A stretch of 64,000 nt of DNA from a virus. Where the stretch lies: the IMG/VR virus record IMGVR_UViG_3300044910_000908, positions 17,068 to 81,067 of that record. One strand, given 5' to 3'. The notes below the pieces were generated by a model, which made no database searches, was not told the DNA's origin, and worked only from the letters and a program-made list of their open reading frames with translations. Shown here one piece after another: positions 1-9,559 of the stretch; position 1 is the first letter of the stretch, and every line of letters begins with the position of its first letter. Position numbers and translations under genes: made by a program.

Positions 1-308
1 ATTTTTGCAAATGGTTGTAAATGTTCTTTAATCATTGCTGCAAAAGGAAAAATCAATTCATCTGATAATTCACTACATAATGCTTCAATATTATTCATTC
101 CATTTGCTAAATAATAACGAGCCATATCTTTATCTATTATAGTTGTTCTAACTTTTCCAGCATATTTCATGTGTATAGATAAAATACGATCCTGTTCATT
201 AAATTCTGTTTCAAATTCAGGTTTATATTTTTGCAAATCTGATTTTAATTGTTCATTAATTTCAAGTAAATTTTGAATATTAATATTAGCTCTTAAATCT
301 TGTTCCAT
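1..308 (-). CDS. Hypothetical protein, runs off the window edge
   Basis: ATG at 308 preceded by GGAG; frame MEQDLRANINIQ... stays open to position 1. Confidence 0.6.
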   Translation of the reverse strand, partial: MEQDLRANINIQNLLEINEQLKSDLQKYKPEFETEFNEQDRILSIHMKYAGKVRTTIIDKDMARYYLANGMNNIEALCSELSDELIFPFAAMIKEHLQPFAK

Positions 309-334
309 TTGGTAATCTCCTAATTAGTATAAAA

Positions 335-362
335 GTTCAGGGATAGTTTATTATCCCTGAAC
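335..362 (-). terminator. Intrinsic terminator-like hairpin
   Basis: GTTCAGGGATA/TATCCCTGAAC inverted repeat followed by a T run on the minus strand, downstream of ORF 381-1097. Confidence 0.65.
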
Positions 363-380
363 ATATTTATGTTTGTAAAA

Positions 381-1097
381 TTAGGCTGAAGTTTGAGAGA
401 ACATTCTGACTTCATGGCCTGATACAGAGATTAAAGCAGATGCATCACAGAATGTAATAATGACTTCTGAACCTGCTTCATTTAAAGCTGTTTTTAGCAA
501 TGGAGCAAATGTATCTAATGGAAGATAAGATGAAGATGAAGATGCATCTGAACTTAATTCTTCATAAGGAGTTGTTAATGAAGTGCTGAATACATCTTGA
601 TTGTTATCAGTAAATTCAACTACAACTTCATTCTTTTTCTTAAATAGGAAAGCAACATTTTCAGCACCCATTGCTTTACCACCATTTAATAACATTAAAG
701 CTTGTTCTTTACCAATAGTTACAGAACGAACTGGAGCATCATCAACATTTTTAGGATATTTAATTCGAGTTGGTGAAGTAGCTCTATATTGAACTGATGC
801 ATTAGAACCTTTGATATTTAGCATTGTAGCTTCATTTTTAGCATTAACATCAATATCAATAGATACATCAGAACCAAATAGTGCTAATCTAGATTTTAGC
901 ATTTTCAATCTTGTTAAACCTAATTTAGCATCTGTATCTAATTCTGGTAAATTTTTATCACTTAAAATTAGACAAGTATTATTTGTATTAATACCACTGA
1001 CTTTACCATCAGCAATAACAATAGCATCAATACCCACTAATTCGCAAACATCTAAAATAGTTTTCAACGCAGTAATATCAGTTGCACTTAATTTCAT
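381..1097 (-). CDS. Putative sliding clamp (gp45-like)
   Basis: 238 aa, two-repeat alpha/beta pattern, immediately downstream of the DNA polymerase gene; based on size and context, no diagnostic motif. Confidence 0.5.
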   Translation of the reverse strand: MKLSATDITALKTILDVCELVGIDAIVIADGKVSGINTNNTCLILSDKNLPELDTDAKLGLTRLKMLKSRLALFGSDVSIDIDVNAKNEATMLNIKGSNASVQYRATSPTRIKYPKNVDDAPVRSVTIGKEQALMLLNGGKAMGAENVAFLFKKKNEVVVEFTDNNQDVFSTSLTTPYEELSSDASSSSSYLPLDTFAPLLKTALNEAGSEVIITFCDASALISVSGHEVRMFSQTSA

Positions 1098-1145
1098 AAT
1101 TTATATCTCCTTCGACTATTAAAAATAATATTATATCACACTTTT

Positions 1146-2351
1146 TTAAAATTGAACAATAGAATTTACTCTAACTGTTTGAGGTGTAGGAACCTCTAAT
1201 CCCATTGCTTCAAATACACCTAATAATTTTGCATTAATCAATTTCTCCTCAGATACTTTCATATCTATTTCAAAATTCTCTAAAAACCATTGAGGAAATT
1301 TTGTTAAATCCGCAGGAAATGCAAGTGTTCTAAAACCAAATTCATTTTCCTTTAATTCAAATACTTTAACTTTATCACCATTCATTATTTTTGGATGAAT
1401 ACTATCTTTATATTCATCAATTAAAACATTATAATTTACTGATGCTCTAATATGTCCAGGAACTGTCATCTTTCCTTTTCCATTCTTAGATTTCATTGGT
1501 TTACCATCTAATTCTGCAAAATAAGCTGAAGTATATAATTCCAAATTATTAGCTGATTTAGATATTCCTAACAAAATTACTTCTGATGGTGAAATTTCTC
1601 CACTTGTAAATAATTCTTTTCGTTGTTCATTAATATAAGTAGATACGTCAGGATAAGACATACCATCTAATATCCTATCAACAACATTCTTTAAAAACTT
1701 CTGAATGACTTTAGGTGTATCAGACTTCTTAATTTCAGAACCCATAGCTTTCATTTTATTAGTTCTAAAACCTTCTAAATCTACAACTTTTGCCATATAT
1801 TTTTTACGAGCTTGAAATAATGCTCGTTCAGCAACAATCTCTCTTCCACAAACAATTAATTTATCATATCCTGGTTGACAACAAAATGCATCAATCATGA
1901 ATTGAGGAAAACTTTCATTTATACCATCAGCAACAGCATCAGCAATTAATACAGCTTCTTCAATATCATTTGCACCAGTAGCAAAATAGGCCGAATCGGT
2001 GTCAGAATAGATAATTGTATGATTGTTAGCATTGTAAATATTTTGTACAACTTTTTTATCTAAATTAAAACTCTTAACTAAATTGGCTTCTTCTCCTGAT
2101 ATTAAATATGCAGCAGTATTTGCCATATGAGAAGTAATAGCTCTACCTGTAAAAGTAACAGAAGCCCCAATCATCTCATCAACGCCCCATCGAAAACCTT
2201 TTGCTAGTAAAGCTCCATAAGCTGAATTTAAAGAAATCTTTTTTGTAAGTTGTAATAAATCATAATGTTCTACTTGATGTTTAGCTTCTTTAATTTGTTC
2301 AGCAATTTCAGGTGTATAAAATTTTCCATCTATTTCAATTAATTTTGACAT
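1146..2351 (-). CDS. Family B DNA polymerase, C-terminal subunit of a split gp43-like enzyme
   Basis: Motif B KISLNSAYG, motif C YSDTDS, ARKKY; lacks the exonuclease domain and motif A (DxxSLYP). Confidence 0.92.
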   Translation of the reverse strand: MSKLIEIDGKFYTPEIAEQIKEAKHQVEHYDLLQLTKKISLNSAYGALLAKGFRWGVDEMIGASVTFTGRAITSHMANTAAYLISGEEANLVKSFNLDKKVVQNIYNANNHTIIYSDTDSAYFATGANDIEEAVLIADAVADGINESFPQFMIDAFCCQPGYDKLIVCGREIVAERALFQARKKYMAKVVDLEGFRTNKMKAMGSEIKKSDTPKVIQKFLKNVVDRILDGMSYPDVSTYINEQRKELFTSGEISPSEVILLGISKSANNLELYTSAYFAELDGKPMKSKNGKGKMTVPGHIRASVNYNVLIDEYKDSIHPKIMNGDKVKVFELKENEFGFRTLAFPADLTKFPQWFLENFEIDMKVSEEKLINAKLLGVFEAMGLEVPTPQTVRVNSIVQF

Positions 2352-2378
2352 AATTCTCCCATATTTTAATATTATTCT

Positions 2379-2407
2379 ATTATATCATAATTTATTTGAT
2401 TTGTAAA
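2379..2407 (-). promoter_or_regulatory. Early (sigma70-type) promoter for the polymerase subunit
   Basis: TTTACA-N17-TATAAT on the minus strand just upstream of the ATG at 2351. Confidence 0.65.
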
Positions 2408-2496
2408 TAATTACATGTCACAGAATTACTTCATACAGTTCTAAACATATTCTCATCAATAATCTGGAATATGCATTTAAGTTCAAAGCGATTTTA

Positions 2497-3030
2497 TTAA
2501 TCTCTAACAACAATAACGTCTGGAATAGTGTGAACTAAATGATTAACAGCAACAAAATCAGTATCAACACCTGTTAAGTCATGGAGATATTTTAATGCTT
2601 TTAATAATTGTTCTTTACCATGTTCAGAGTTTACAACAATTTCATAAATTTCTAATGGTTCAGCAACTTGATAATTATATTTTTTTGAATATCGTTTTAA
2701 TCCACTAGGATATTTAATTCCTTCAAACAGTAATGTTTCAGCCCAACGAGGATACTGTTCTTCATCTAAAATAACCTGCAAAACTTGAGAAATAACATTA
2801 CTATGTGTAATTTCTTTATCAAAAAAAGTATAATTACTTTTTGATATTTGTATTGCTAAATCATGCAAAGCAAGATTATTGCCTAATTGTTTATCATATG
2901 TTTTTTCTTTTGGAGAACAGTATGAAACGCCAAAAAATAAATTACCATTTATGATTTGAGAAGCAATAGTTATTACACCATTTTTTTCAGCTTGCCGATG
3001 TCCCAATCTTGAAATTTTTACGTTACCCAT
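2497..3030 (-). CDS. Hypothetical protein
   Basis: 177 aa ORF with GAGG RBS. Confidence 0.6.
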   Translation of the reverse strand: MGNVKISRLGHRQAEKNGVITIASQIINGNLFFGVSYCSPKEKTYDKQLGNNLALHDLAIQISKSNYTFFDKEITHSNVISQVLQVILDEEQYPRWAETLLFEGIKYPSGLKRYSKKYNYQVAEPLEIYEIVVNSEHGKEQLLKALKYLHDLTGVDTDFVAVNHLVHTIPDVIVVRD

Positions 3031-3049
3031 TTTATATTTCCTCTGTTTA

Positions 3050-3553
3050 TTAATTATCTAATATTGTATCACTGCTATGTTTACAACCTTCATAATAACC
3101 ATTGCAATAATTTTCTCGTTGTATATCTTTTATTAATTGTTTTAATTCTTTTACACAATCAGTTGAATTACTAATTTTAACATTATTATCATATAAAAAT
3201 TGAATAATTTCTGCATGTGTAACAACTTTATATTCTGGTTGCGTCAATATTAAAGAAAAATCACATCCTTGCCCACCCAATCCAGCGTATTCAATCGTTA
3301 CTTCATTATCAAATATATTAAGAATATCACTGAAGAATTGATTTGCATTTTGTTCATCTAAACAACATTTTTGAACAGCAATTTCAAATGAAAATCCACT
3401 TTCCATTAAATGTAAAGTATGATAAATGCAACAAAATTTTAAAAATACTGTAGCATCATCCCAAAATTCTTTCCAAGCATCCCAATCTTCTTCTGTAATA
3501 TTAGGGTCAAATGTTAATGAATATTTTAAAGGAGTATTAATTAATAATTTCAT
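3050..3553 (-). CDS. Hypothetical protein
   Basis: 167 aa ORF in the minus-strand gene run. Confidence 0.55.
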   Translation of the reverse strand: MKLLINTPLKYSLTFDPNITEEDWDAWKEFWDDATVFLKFCCIYHTLHLMESGFSFEIAVQKCCLDEQNANQFFSDILNIFDNEVTIEYAGLGGQGCDFSLILTQPEYKVVTHAEIIQFLYDNNVKISNSTDCVKELKQLIKDIQRENYCNGYYEGCKHSSDTILDN

Positions 3554-3799
3554 CTATTTTTTAATCTTGTTAATACATCAACATTATTATTCATAATTAT
3601 AGTTAACAAATCAATACACAATTCTTCATATTCTTCTTTTTCAGAAGAAGAAATAATTTTATTATCAATTTTTTGACGAAGTTCAATATACCTGTCGACT
3701 TGTTCTTTTTGAATATTATTAATCATGTTATTGGGTTCCTTTATAAGAAAGATTAGGACTATTATAACATAATAGTCCTAAAATTGAAACAATTATTTT

Positions 3800-4885
3800 T
3801 TAGAAATTTTCCCAATAGATAACATCTGTTCCTACTGGTAGAATTCTATTAACACTGGTAGATTGAACAAAAACTTTGAAATTAGAATGGTCACCAGGTC
3901 TAACTCGAACATCAGAATATTTAGGTAATCCAATCATATCTCTAGCAACATCACCAGAATAAACATGTTTAGATGTTTTATCTTGAATAAGAATTAATTT
4001 ATTTGCTTGGATTTTATTTTCTTTTTTAACTAATTCATAAAATGAAGCTCCACGTTTCATAGAACGGCCCAATTTATGTTCTACAAAGTCTTTAATTGCG
4101 TGACCTTCTGCAGCAGTTTGAACTGTCCATTGTAGAATTTCTGAAGAAATATCAGTTAATACAGATTTAACTTCTGTAAGTGATACTTTATCAAGTGAAG
4201 TATAAAATGAAGAAGTTGAAGTTGCACCAGTTGCACGACTTCTGAAATAACCACCAATTGCTTGAGTTGTTACTTGAGAAGCTTGGTCAAGACCTTTAGT
4301 TGTTTGTTCCCATTCCTGAATATTGCCTTCAAAAATATCTAATGTTTTAGCTAATTTTTTACCATATCCTTTAGGAACTCGAAATACAAATGACCATCGA
4401 TCTGTTGCGTGTAATTGTTTGATTTTACTAGCTAAAGTTATTGCATTCCATTTAATTGAAGCATTTTCTTCACCATCTGTAATAATCATCAGAAGAAATG
4501 ATGTATTGATATCAGATGCTTCAGGTAATGCTTCAAACATTTCAATCAATTCACCAACGCTATCATAAAGTGGTGTTCCTCTACCATTAGCTTCATAGTT
4601 GCTTTCTGGAATTGGTTTTAAAACAGTGACAGATGAATTAATGATTTCTCGTTTAACAGTAGCTGACGCACCAGCACCACAATTAACAACTGATACAATA
4701 ACATCTTGGTTATGTTCTATTGCATTTTGTTTAATACTTGCTATATTGGTATTGTAATCTCTAGCTGCTGCTTTAGTGATACCTCTCATTGAGGCGCTAT
4801 GGTCCAATGAAAAGCCGATGAAAGTTTTGATATTAGGTTGATTTTCCATAAAATTCTCCAAAAAGTATAAAGTTATTTTTCTCAT
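3800..4885 (-). CDS. von Willebrand factor A (vWA) domain protein
   Basis: MIDAS-like DHSASM, GTPLYD, IITDGEENAS. Confidence 0.85.
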   Translation of the reverse strand: MRKITLYFLENFMENQPNIKTFIGFSLDHSASMRGITKAAARDYNTNIASIKQNAIEHNQDVIVSVVNCGAGASATVKREIINSSVTVLKPIPESNYEANGRGTPLYDSVGELIEMFEALPEASDINTSFLLMIITDGEENASIKWNAITLASKIKQLHATDRWSFVFRVPKGYGKKLAKTLDIFEGNIQEWEQTTKGLDQASQVTTQAIGGYFRSRATGATSTSSFYTSLDKVSLTEVKSVLTDISSEILQWTVQTAAEGHAIKDFVEHKLGRSMKRGASFYELVKKENKIQANKLILIQDKTSKHVYSGDVARDMIGLPKYSDVRVRPGDHSNFKVFVQSTSVNRILPVGTDVIYWENF

Positions 4886-4935
4886 AAAATTAGAAGGTTT
4901 TTAATCCTTCTAATTTATTTATAAAAAATATTATA

Positions 4936-5436
4936 TCACATTTTTGAAGAATGTAAATAATTTAAAATATCAAATTTAATTTTTGTCATTTCCCAATCAC
5001 CTGTATGTAAAATACCATTTCCACCCGCTTTATCCCATTCTTTAATATTCGTTTCTGCATCATCAATTAAAATATCACCTTTTGTATTAATCCAATGCTT
5101 TTTATTTCTTCCGCCTAATACAGTATGAACTTGAATATCAAAAGATAAATTTAATTTAACCCATTCTTTTTTATCATCTACTGCAGATAATAATTGTTGA
5201 GTTGGCAATGGAATAGCTGTTAAAACAAAAATATCATATTCATTTTTAAAAGACCAAATATAATCAAAGAATTCTTTAGCTCCAGGTAATACATCTAAAT
5301 GCAAAAATAAATTAGGAACTAATTCTAAACTACTCCAAGAAGTATGCGGAGAATAAGGTTGTCCAGTATGTTCTTTTACAAATTTATGGAAATCAGCAAA
5401 ACATCCATCAAGATCTAATGCAATTCTTCGTTTCAT
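4936..5436 (-). CDS. 5'(3')-deoxyribonucleotidase, HAD superfamily
   Basis: DLDGCFADF motif I, VLTA, ILIDD motif IV. Confidence 0.8.
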   Translation of the reverse strand: MKRRIALDLDGCFADFHKFVKEHTGQPYSPHTSWSSLELVPNLFLHLDVLPGAKEFFDYIWSFKNEYDIFVLTAIPLPTQQLLSAVDDKKEWVKLNLSFDIQVHTVLGGRNKKHWINTKGDILIDDAETNIKEWDKAGGNGILHTGDWEMTKIKFDILNYLHSSKM

Positions 5437-5636
5437 TTCATTTGTTCCTCTAATTTTTTATTAATTTCAGCAGCATATTCATGATAATCTGAGTATGGCA
5501 AATAATATTCTATTACTTTTAAAAATGCAGGAATATATTCTAAATCTTTATCAGCATCTCCTTTATATAAAGACAATTGTGTTTTAATATCTTTTTTTAA
5601 ATTTTCAACTATAACACCATCAATATAATTCATCAT
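5433..5636 (-). CDS. Hypothetical protein
   Basis: 67 aa ORF with GGAG RBS, 4-nt overlap with the next gene. Confidence 0.55.
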   Translation of the reverse strand: MMNYIDGVIVENLKKDIKTQLSLYKGDADKDLEYIPAFLKVIEYYLPYSDYHEYAAEINKKLEEQMK

Positions 5637-5650
5637 AAATTCTCCTATTA

Positions 5651-6190
5651 TTAAGATAATAATCCATTAAGAGAAACACAACCATTTGGCAATACATAAG
5701 TATTTGATTGTGTTACTATTTCCCATGTTTGGTGCAAAGGTTTTATTACTTCTATTTTATCAACTTTTAAATAACTTTGTATAGTTTGAATAATTTCTTC
5801 TTGATTATTTCTGATATGAGTTAAATGAACTATTTCATCACCTTCAGAAAGATTTCTAATTTTAATGAAATCATCTTCTCTTGAGGGATAATGTGCAAGT
5901 AGTTTATGGTCTCCAGTGAAACCATATTCGGAATCGTCTTCAAATACAACTTTATAGATAGTAGTTAAACCATTATAAAAAACATGTTCAACTAATTCAT
6001 CACCATCTTCTCCAATTACATAAATTGGTTGAGGTAATTCATAAATGCGTTTAGATAATTCTGAAAATTGACAATTTTGAAATTCAAAATTTAATTCTCT
6101 AAATAATTGAACAATACTAATAGCTCTACTATCAGCCAAATTTAATTTATTACAACAATCATATAAAGCACTTGTTCCACTAGCTTGCAT
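5651..6190 (-). CDS. Stand-alone Hint (intein-like) domain protein
   Basis: Block B FTGDHKLL, LSEGDEI, block F TWEIVT, block G-like YVLPNGCVSLN. Confidence 0.7.
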   Translation of the reverse strand: MQASGTSALYDCCNKLNLADSRAISIVQLFRELNFEFQNCQFSELSKRIYELPQPIYVIGEDGDELVEHVFYNGLTTIYKVVFEDDSEYGFTGDHKLLAHYPSREDDFIKIRNLSEGDEIVHLTHIRNNQEEIIQTIQSYLKVDKIEVIKPLHQTWEIVTQSNTYVLPNGCVSLNGLLS

Positions 6191-6206
6191 AAGTATCCTC
6201 TAGTTA

Positions 6207-7256
6207 TTAAAGAAATTTGGAAAAATCAATATCAGAAATGTCATTTACAATTGAATTAGATAGATAACTACTAATTTCAGTTTCTTGAGGAGCAACTTGA
6301 ACATTACTAGAATTAAAATGTTTTTCAATCCATGGTAATGGATGACTAATTTTTGCATTTTCAGAAGATAAACCGAGAGTTTTTAATTGTTTTGGTAATA
6401 GATAACCATCAATATAAGAAGTCAAAATTTCCTCATTTAAACCAATAATAGAACCATCTTTAAATAAATGTTGTGCCCAAATAATTTCTTGTTCAGCAGC
6501 GGATTTGAAAATATTTTTAGCTTTTTCTCTATTATCTCCTATAATTTGAATAAATTCTGGGTCATCTTTAGGAAGTAATTTCAATGTATGCTGAACAAAT
6601 GCTAAATGTTGAATTTCATCTCTAGCGATTAATTTTACAATTTTTCCAGAACCTTCTACTTTAGCTCTTTCAACGAATGAAAATGTTGATGCAAATGACA
6701 CATAAAAACGAATTGCTTCTAATGCATTAGCCGCTATTAATGCTAGATATAAATTTTCCTTATTAGGATTATTCACCATTTGATCATAGACTTTCGTGAC
6801 ATCATTTGCACAATCAGCTATTTCTTTTATATTAGGCATGTCATCTATAACAACTTTAGGGTCATTATAAATTGCTCTCAAAATATAAGTATAAGACATT
6901 GAATGAATACTTTCCATGAAAGACCACGTTAATAAACAATTTTCCATGGATGGATCTGTACAATGTGGCAAAAATACTAACGCTGGAGCTCTTCCTTGAA
7001 TGCTATCTAACAAAATCTGTCTTTTTAGATTTTCAGTAAAAACAAATTGTTCAACATCAGTTAATGAATTAAATGATCTTTTTTCTTGGCTCATATCTAT
7101 TTCATTTGGGCGCCAGAAAAAACTTTGCATTTTTTCATTTAATTTATCTAAAATTTCATATCTTGTAATCTCATATCGAGAAATACCATGACCACATTCT
7201 CCAAAAAATAATTTATCTGGATGAACTGACATTGTAAAAACTGAATTATTTGGCAT
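6207..7256 (-). CDS. nrdB: Ribonucleotide reductase class Ia beta subunit
   Basis: FFWRPNEI, LLDSIQG, ESIHSMSY (radical Tyr), EAIRFY, RDEIQH, VAPQETE. Confidence 0.97.
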   Translation of the reverse strand: MPNNSVFTMSVHPDKLFFGECGHGISRYEITRYEILDKLNEKMQSFFWRPNEIDMSQEKRSFNSLTDVEQFVFTENLKRQILLDSIQGRAPALVFLPHCTDPSMENCLLTWSFMESIHSMSYTYILRAIYNDPKVVIDDMPNIKEIADCANDVTKVYDQMVNNPNKENLYLALIAANALEAIRFYVSFASTFSFVERAKVEGSGKIVKLIARDEIQHLAFVQHTLKLLPKDDPEFIQIIGDNREKAKNIFKSAAEQEIIWAQHLFKDGSIIGLNEEILTSYIDGYLLPKQLKTLGLSSENAKISHPLPWIEKHFNSSNVQVAPQETEISSYLSNSIVNDISDIDFSKFL

Positions 7257-7274
7257 ATTATTTTCTCCTTATTA

Positions 7275-9533
7275 TTAAACTACACAAGCACCTGATTTAC
7301 AACCACCTTCTTCAATATTATCAGAAGAACCATCATTAACTTGATTGTAATACATAGTACACATTCCCATTTTATATGCAAATAATAAATCCTCAATCAA
7401 TCTTGACATTTTAATTTCACCTTTAGAAGGGTCATACGAAGTGTTGCATGAAATAAATTGATCATTATATTTCTGAAATACTGCAGTAGTTTTCAAGTAA
7501 TCTTTACTATCAACATTCCACAATGTTTCATATAAATGATTTAATTTGTTATATTCAGGAACAACTTGTGGTAATACTCCATCTTTAGAACCTTTAATAC
7601 TAATTAAATCTCTAGGAGGTTCAATACCATTTGTCTCATTAGAAATTTGAGATGATGTTTCACTTGGAAAAATTGTTGATAATGTTGCATTTCTAATACC
7701 ATATTTTTTCAAATCTTCTTTTAATTCATCCCATGGCATTAATGGAGCATTAACTGGAATTTTATTTAAATCTCTCGGAACAATACCATCATGATATTTT
7801 GTTCTTAATTCAATAGAACCAAATTCTTTTGCTAATTGATTAGATGCTTGAATTAAATAAAAATTCTGTTTCTCAATCATTGTTTCAGTCGCAAGTAATG
7901 CTTCATCTGTACCCCATTGTAATCTTCCTTTTGCTAACCAATGAGCATAACCAATTAAACCAATGCCTAATGGACGACATAATTTAGTAGCTCTTTCAGC
8001 AGCATCAATTGGATATTCTTGATAATCTAATAAAGCATCTAAAGCTCTAACACCCATTTCACAACAATCTTTTAAAATTCTTTCTTCTTTTTCAGATAAA
8101 TTCTTACTAAATTTACCCCAATTAGTAGCTAATAATGTACATAAATTTAATAATGAATTACCATCTCCAAGCGGAGTTGTTCGCTGTCCAATTTCCGTAC
8201 ATAAATTAGTCATATAAACTGGTTCATAATAAGGTGTTTGATAATTGACATTATCAGCATTAAAAATATAAATACGTCCAGTTTCATATCTTTCATTCAT
8301 TAATTTTGTAAAGTATTCAAATGCAGGAATAGTTTTCTTTACAACTTTATTTGAGTTTTCATATTTTTCATATAATTCTTCAAATTTTTCTAAATCTGGA
8401 GAATAAAAAGCTTCATATAAATCTGGAACTTCTTCAGGGCTAAATAATGTAATATTTCCACCTGTGATTAATCTTTTATACATTGTTCCATTAAGAGCAA
8501 CAACATAATCTAAAGTTCTAATACGAGTTTCTTCAGTTCCTTTATTGTTTTTTAATTCAATTAATTTTTCAAATTCTAAATGCCATCCAGGATAATTAAT
8601 AGAAGCTGAAGCCGACCTAATTCCACCTTGCGATACTGCTCTTAAAGAAGAATTCATTAATTTTAAATAAGGAATAACACCAGTTGTAATAGCATCTCCT
8701 TGTCTAACTTGTTGTCCTTCAGCACGTAATCTTCCAATATTTAAACCAATACCAGCTTTTCTTGAAGCATAATCAATAATAGCTGCTGATGTAGCTTTAA
8801 TAGAATTTAAGCTATCACCACAATCCATTAATGTGCAAGAAGAAAATTGTTTTACATTAGTTCTTAATCCAGCCATAATAGGTGTAGGAAGAGAAATATA
8901 ATGTTGGCTAACCAAATCATAAAATTTCTTGATGTATCCCATACGAGTAGCAATTGGGTACGCGCCAAATAATAATGCTGGAACTAAAATATAAGGGAAT
9001 TGAAATGTTTCATATACATGTTTAGTTTTTCTATTTTGAACTAAATATTTTTTACGCATTTGTTCTGAACCTGCATAACGAAATAAATCATCTCTATTAT
9101 GGTCAATCATATCATTTAAAATATTAAATTCTTCTTCATTATAAAATTCTAATAATTCTTTAGTATAAACACCTAATGCCACATTTTTCTTAACAACATC
9201 ATATAAATGAGGTGGTGTATTAGAACCAAATGCTTCTTTACGAATAGATAACCAATTTAATCTAGCAGCAACATGATCATAATTTGGAGTATCTTCATTA
9301 ATTAAATCTGCAGATGCTTTAATTAAAGTTTGGTGAATTGAAGAAGTTTTAATATTTGGAACGAAATGTGGATTAGCTGTCATTTCAATTTGAGAAACAG
9401 ATACGCCTTTAATTGGTGGAAAAATATCATCTCCATTACATGCCCAATTAATCACTTGATGAATTTTAGAAAGATCTAATAGTTCTTTTGTTCCATTTCG
9501 TTTAGTAACAAATATATTACTGGTTTGAGTCAT
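7275..9533 (-). CDS. nrdA: Ribonucleotide reductase class Ia alpha subunit
   Basis: ATP cone VTKRNG, PTPIMAG, QFSSC, TNLCTEI, PSETSS, C-terminal CKSGAC; uninterrupted. Confidence 0.97.
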   Translation of the reverse strand: MTQTSNIFVTKRNGTKELLDLSKIHQVINWACNGDDIFPPIKGVSVSQIEMTANPHFVPNIKTSSIHQTLIKASADLINEDTPNYDHVAARLNWLSIRKEAFGSNTPPHLYDVVKKNVALGVYTKELLEFYNEEEFNILNDMIDHNRDDLFRYAGSEQMRKKYLVQNRKTKHVYETFQFPYILVPALLFGAYPIATRMGYIKKFYDLVSQHYISLPTPIMAGLRTNVKQFSSCTLMDCGDSLNSIKATSAAIIDYASRKAGIGLNIGRLRAEGQQVRQGDAITTGVIPYLKLMNSSLRAVSQGGIRSASASINYPGWHLEFEKLIELKNNKGTEETRIRTLDYVVALNGTMYKRLITGGNITLFSPEEVPDLYEAFYSPDLEKFEELYEKYENSNKVVKKTIPAFEYFTKLMNERYETGRIYIFNADNVNYQTPYYEPVYMTNLCTEIGQRTTPLGDGNSLLNLCTLLATNWGKFSKNLSEKEERILKDCCEMGVRALDALLDYQEYPIDAAERATKLCRPLGIGLIGYAHWLAKGRLQWGTDEALLATETMIEKQNFYLIQASNQLAKEFGSIELRTKYHDGIVPRDLNKIPVNAPLMPWDELKEDLKKYGIRNATLSTIFPSETSSQISNETNGIEPPRDLISIKGSKDGVLPQVVPEYNKLNHLYETLWNVDSKDYLKTTAVFQKYNDQFISCNTSYDPSKGEIKMSRLIEDLLFAYKMGMCTMYYNQVNDGSSDNIEEGGCKSGACVV

Positions 9534-9559
9534 ATAAATTCCTTATAATTAAATAATTT

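Noticed and set aside
6207-9533. Introns, inteins or homing endonucleases inside nrdA/nrdB
   Set aside because: Both ORFs are continuous and of normal length
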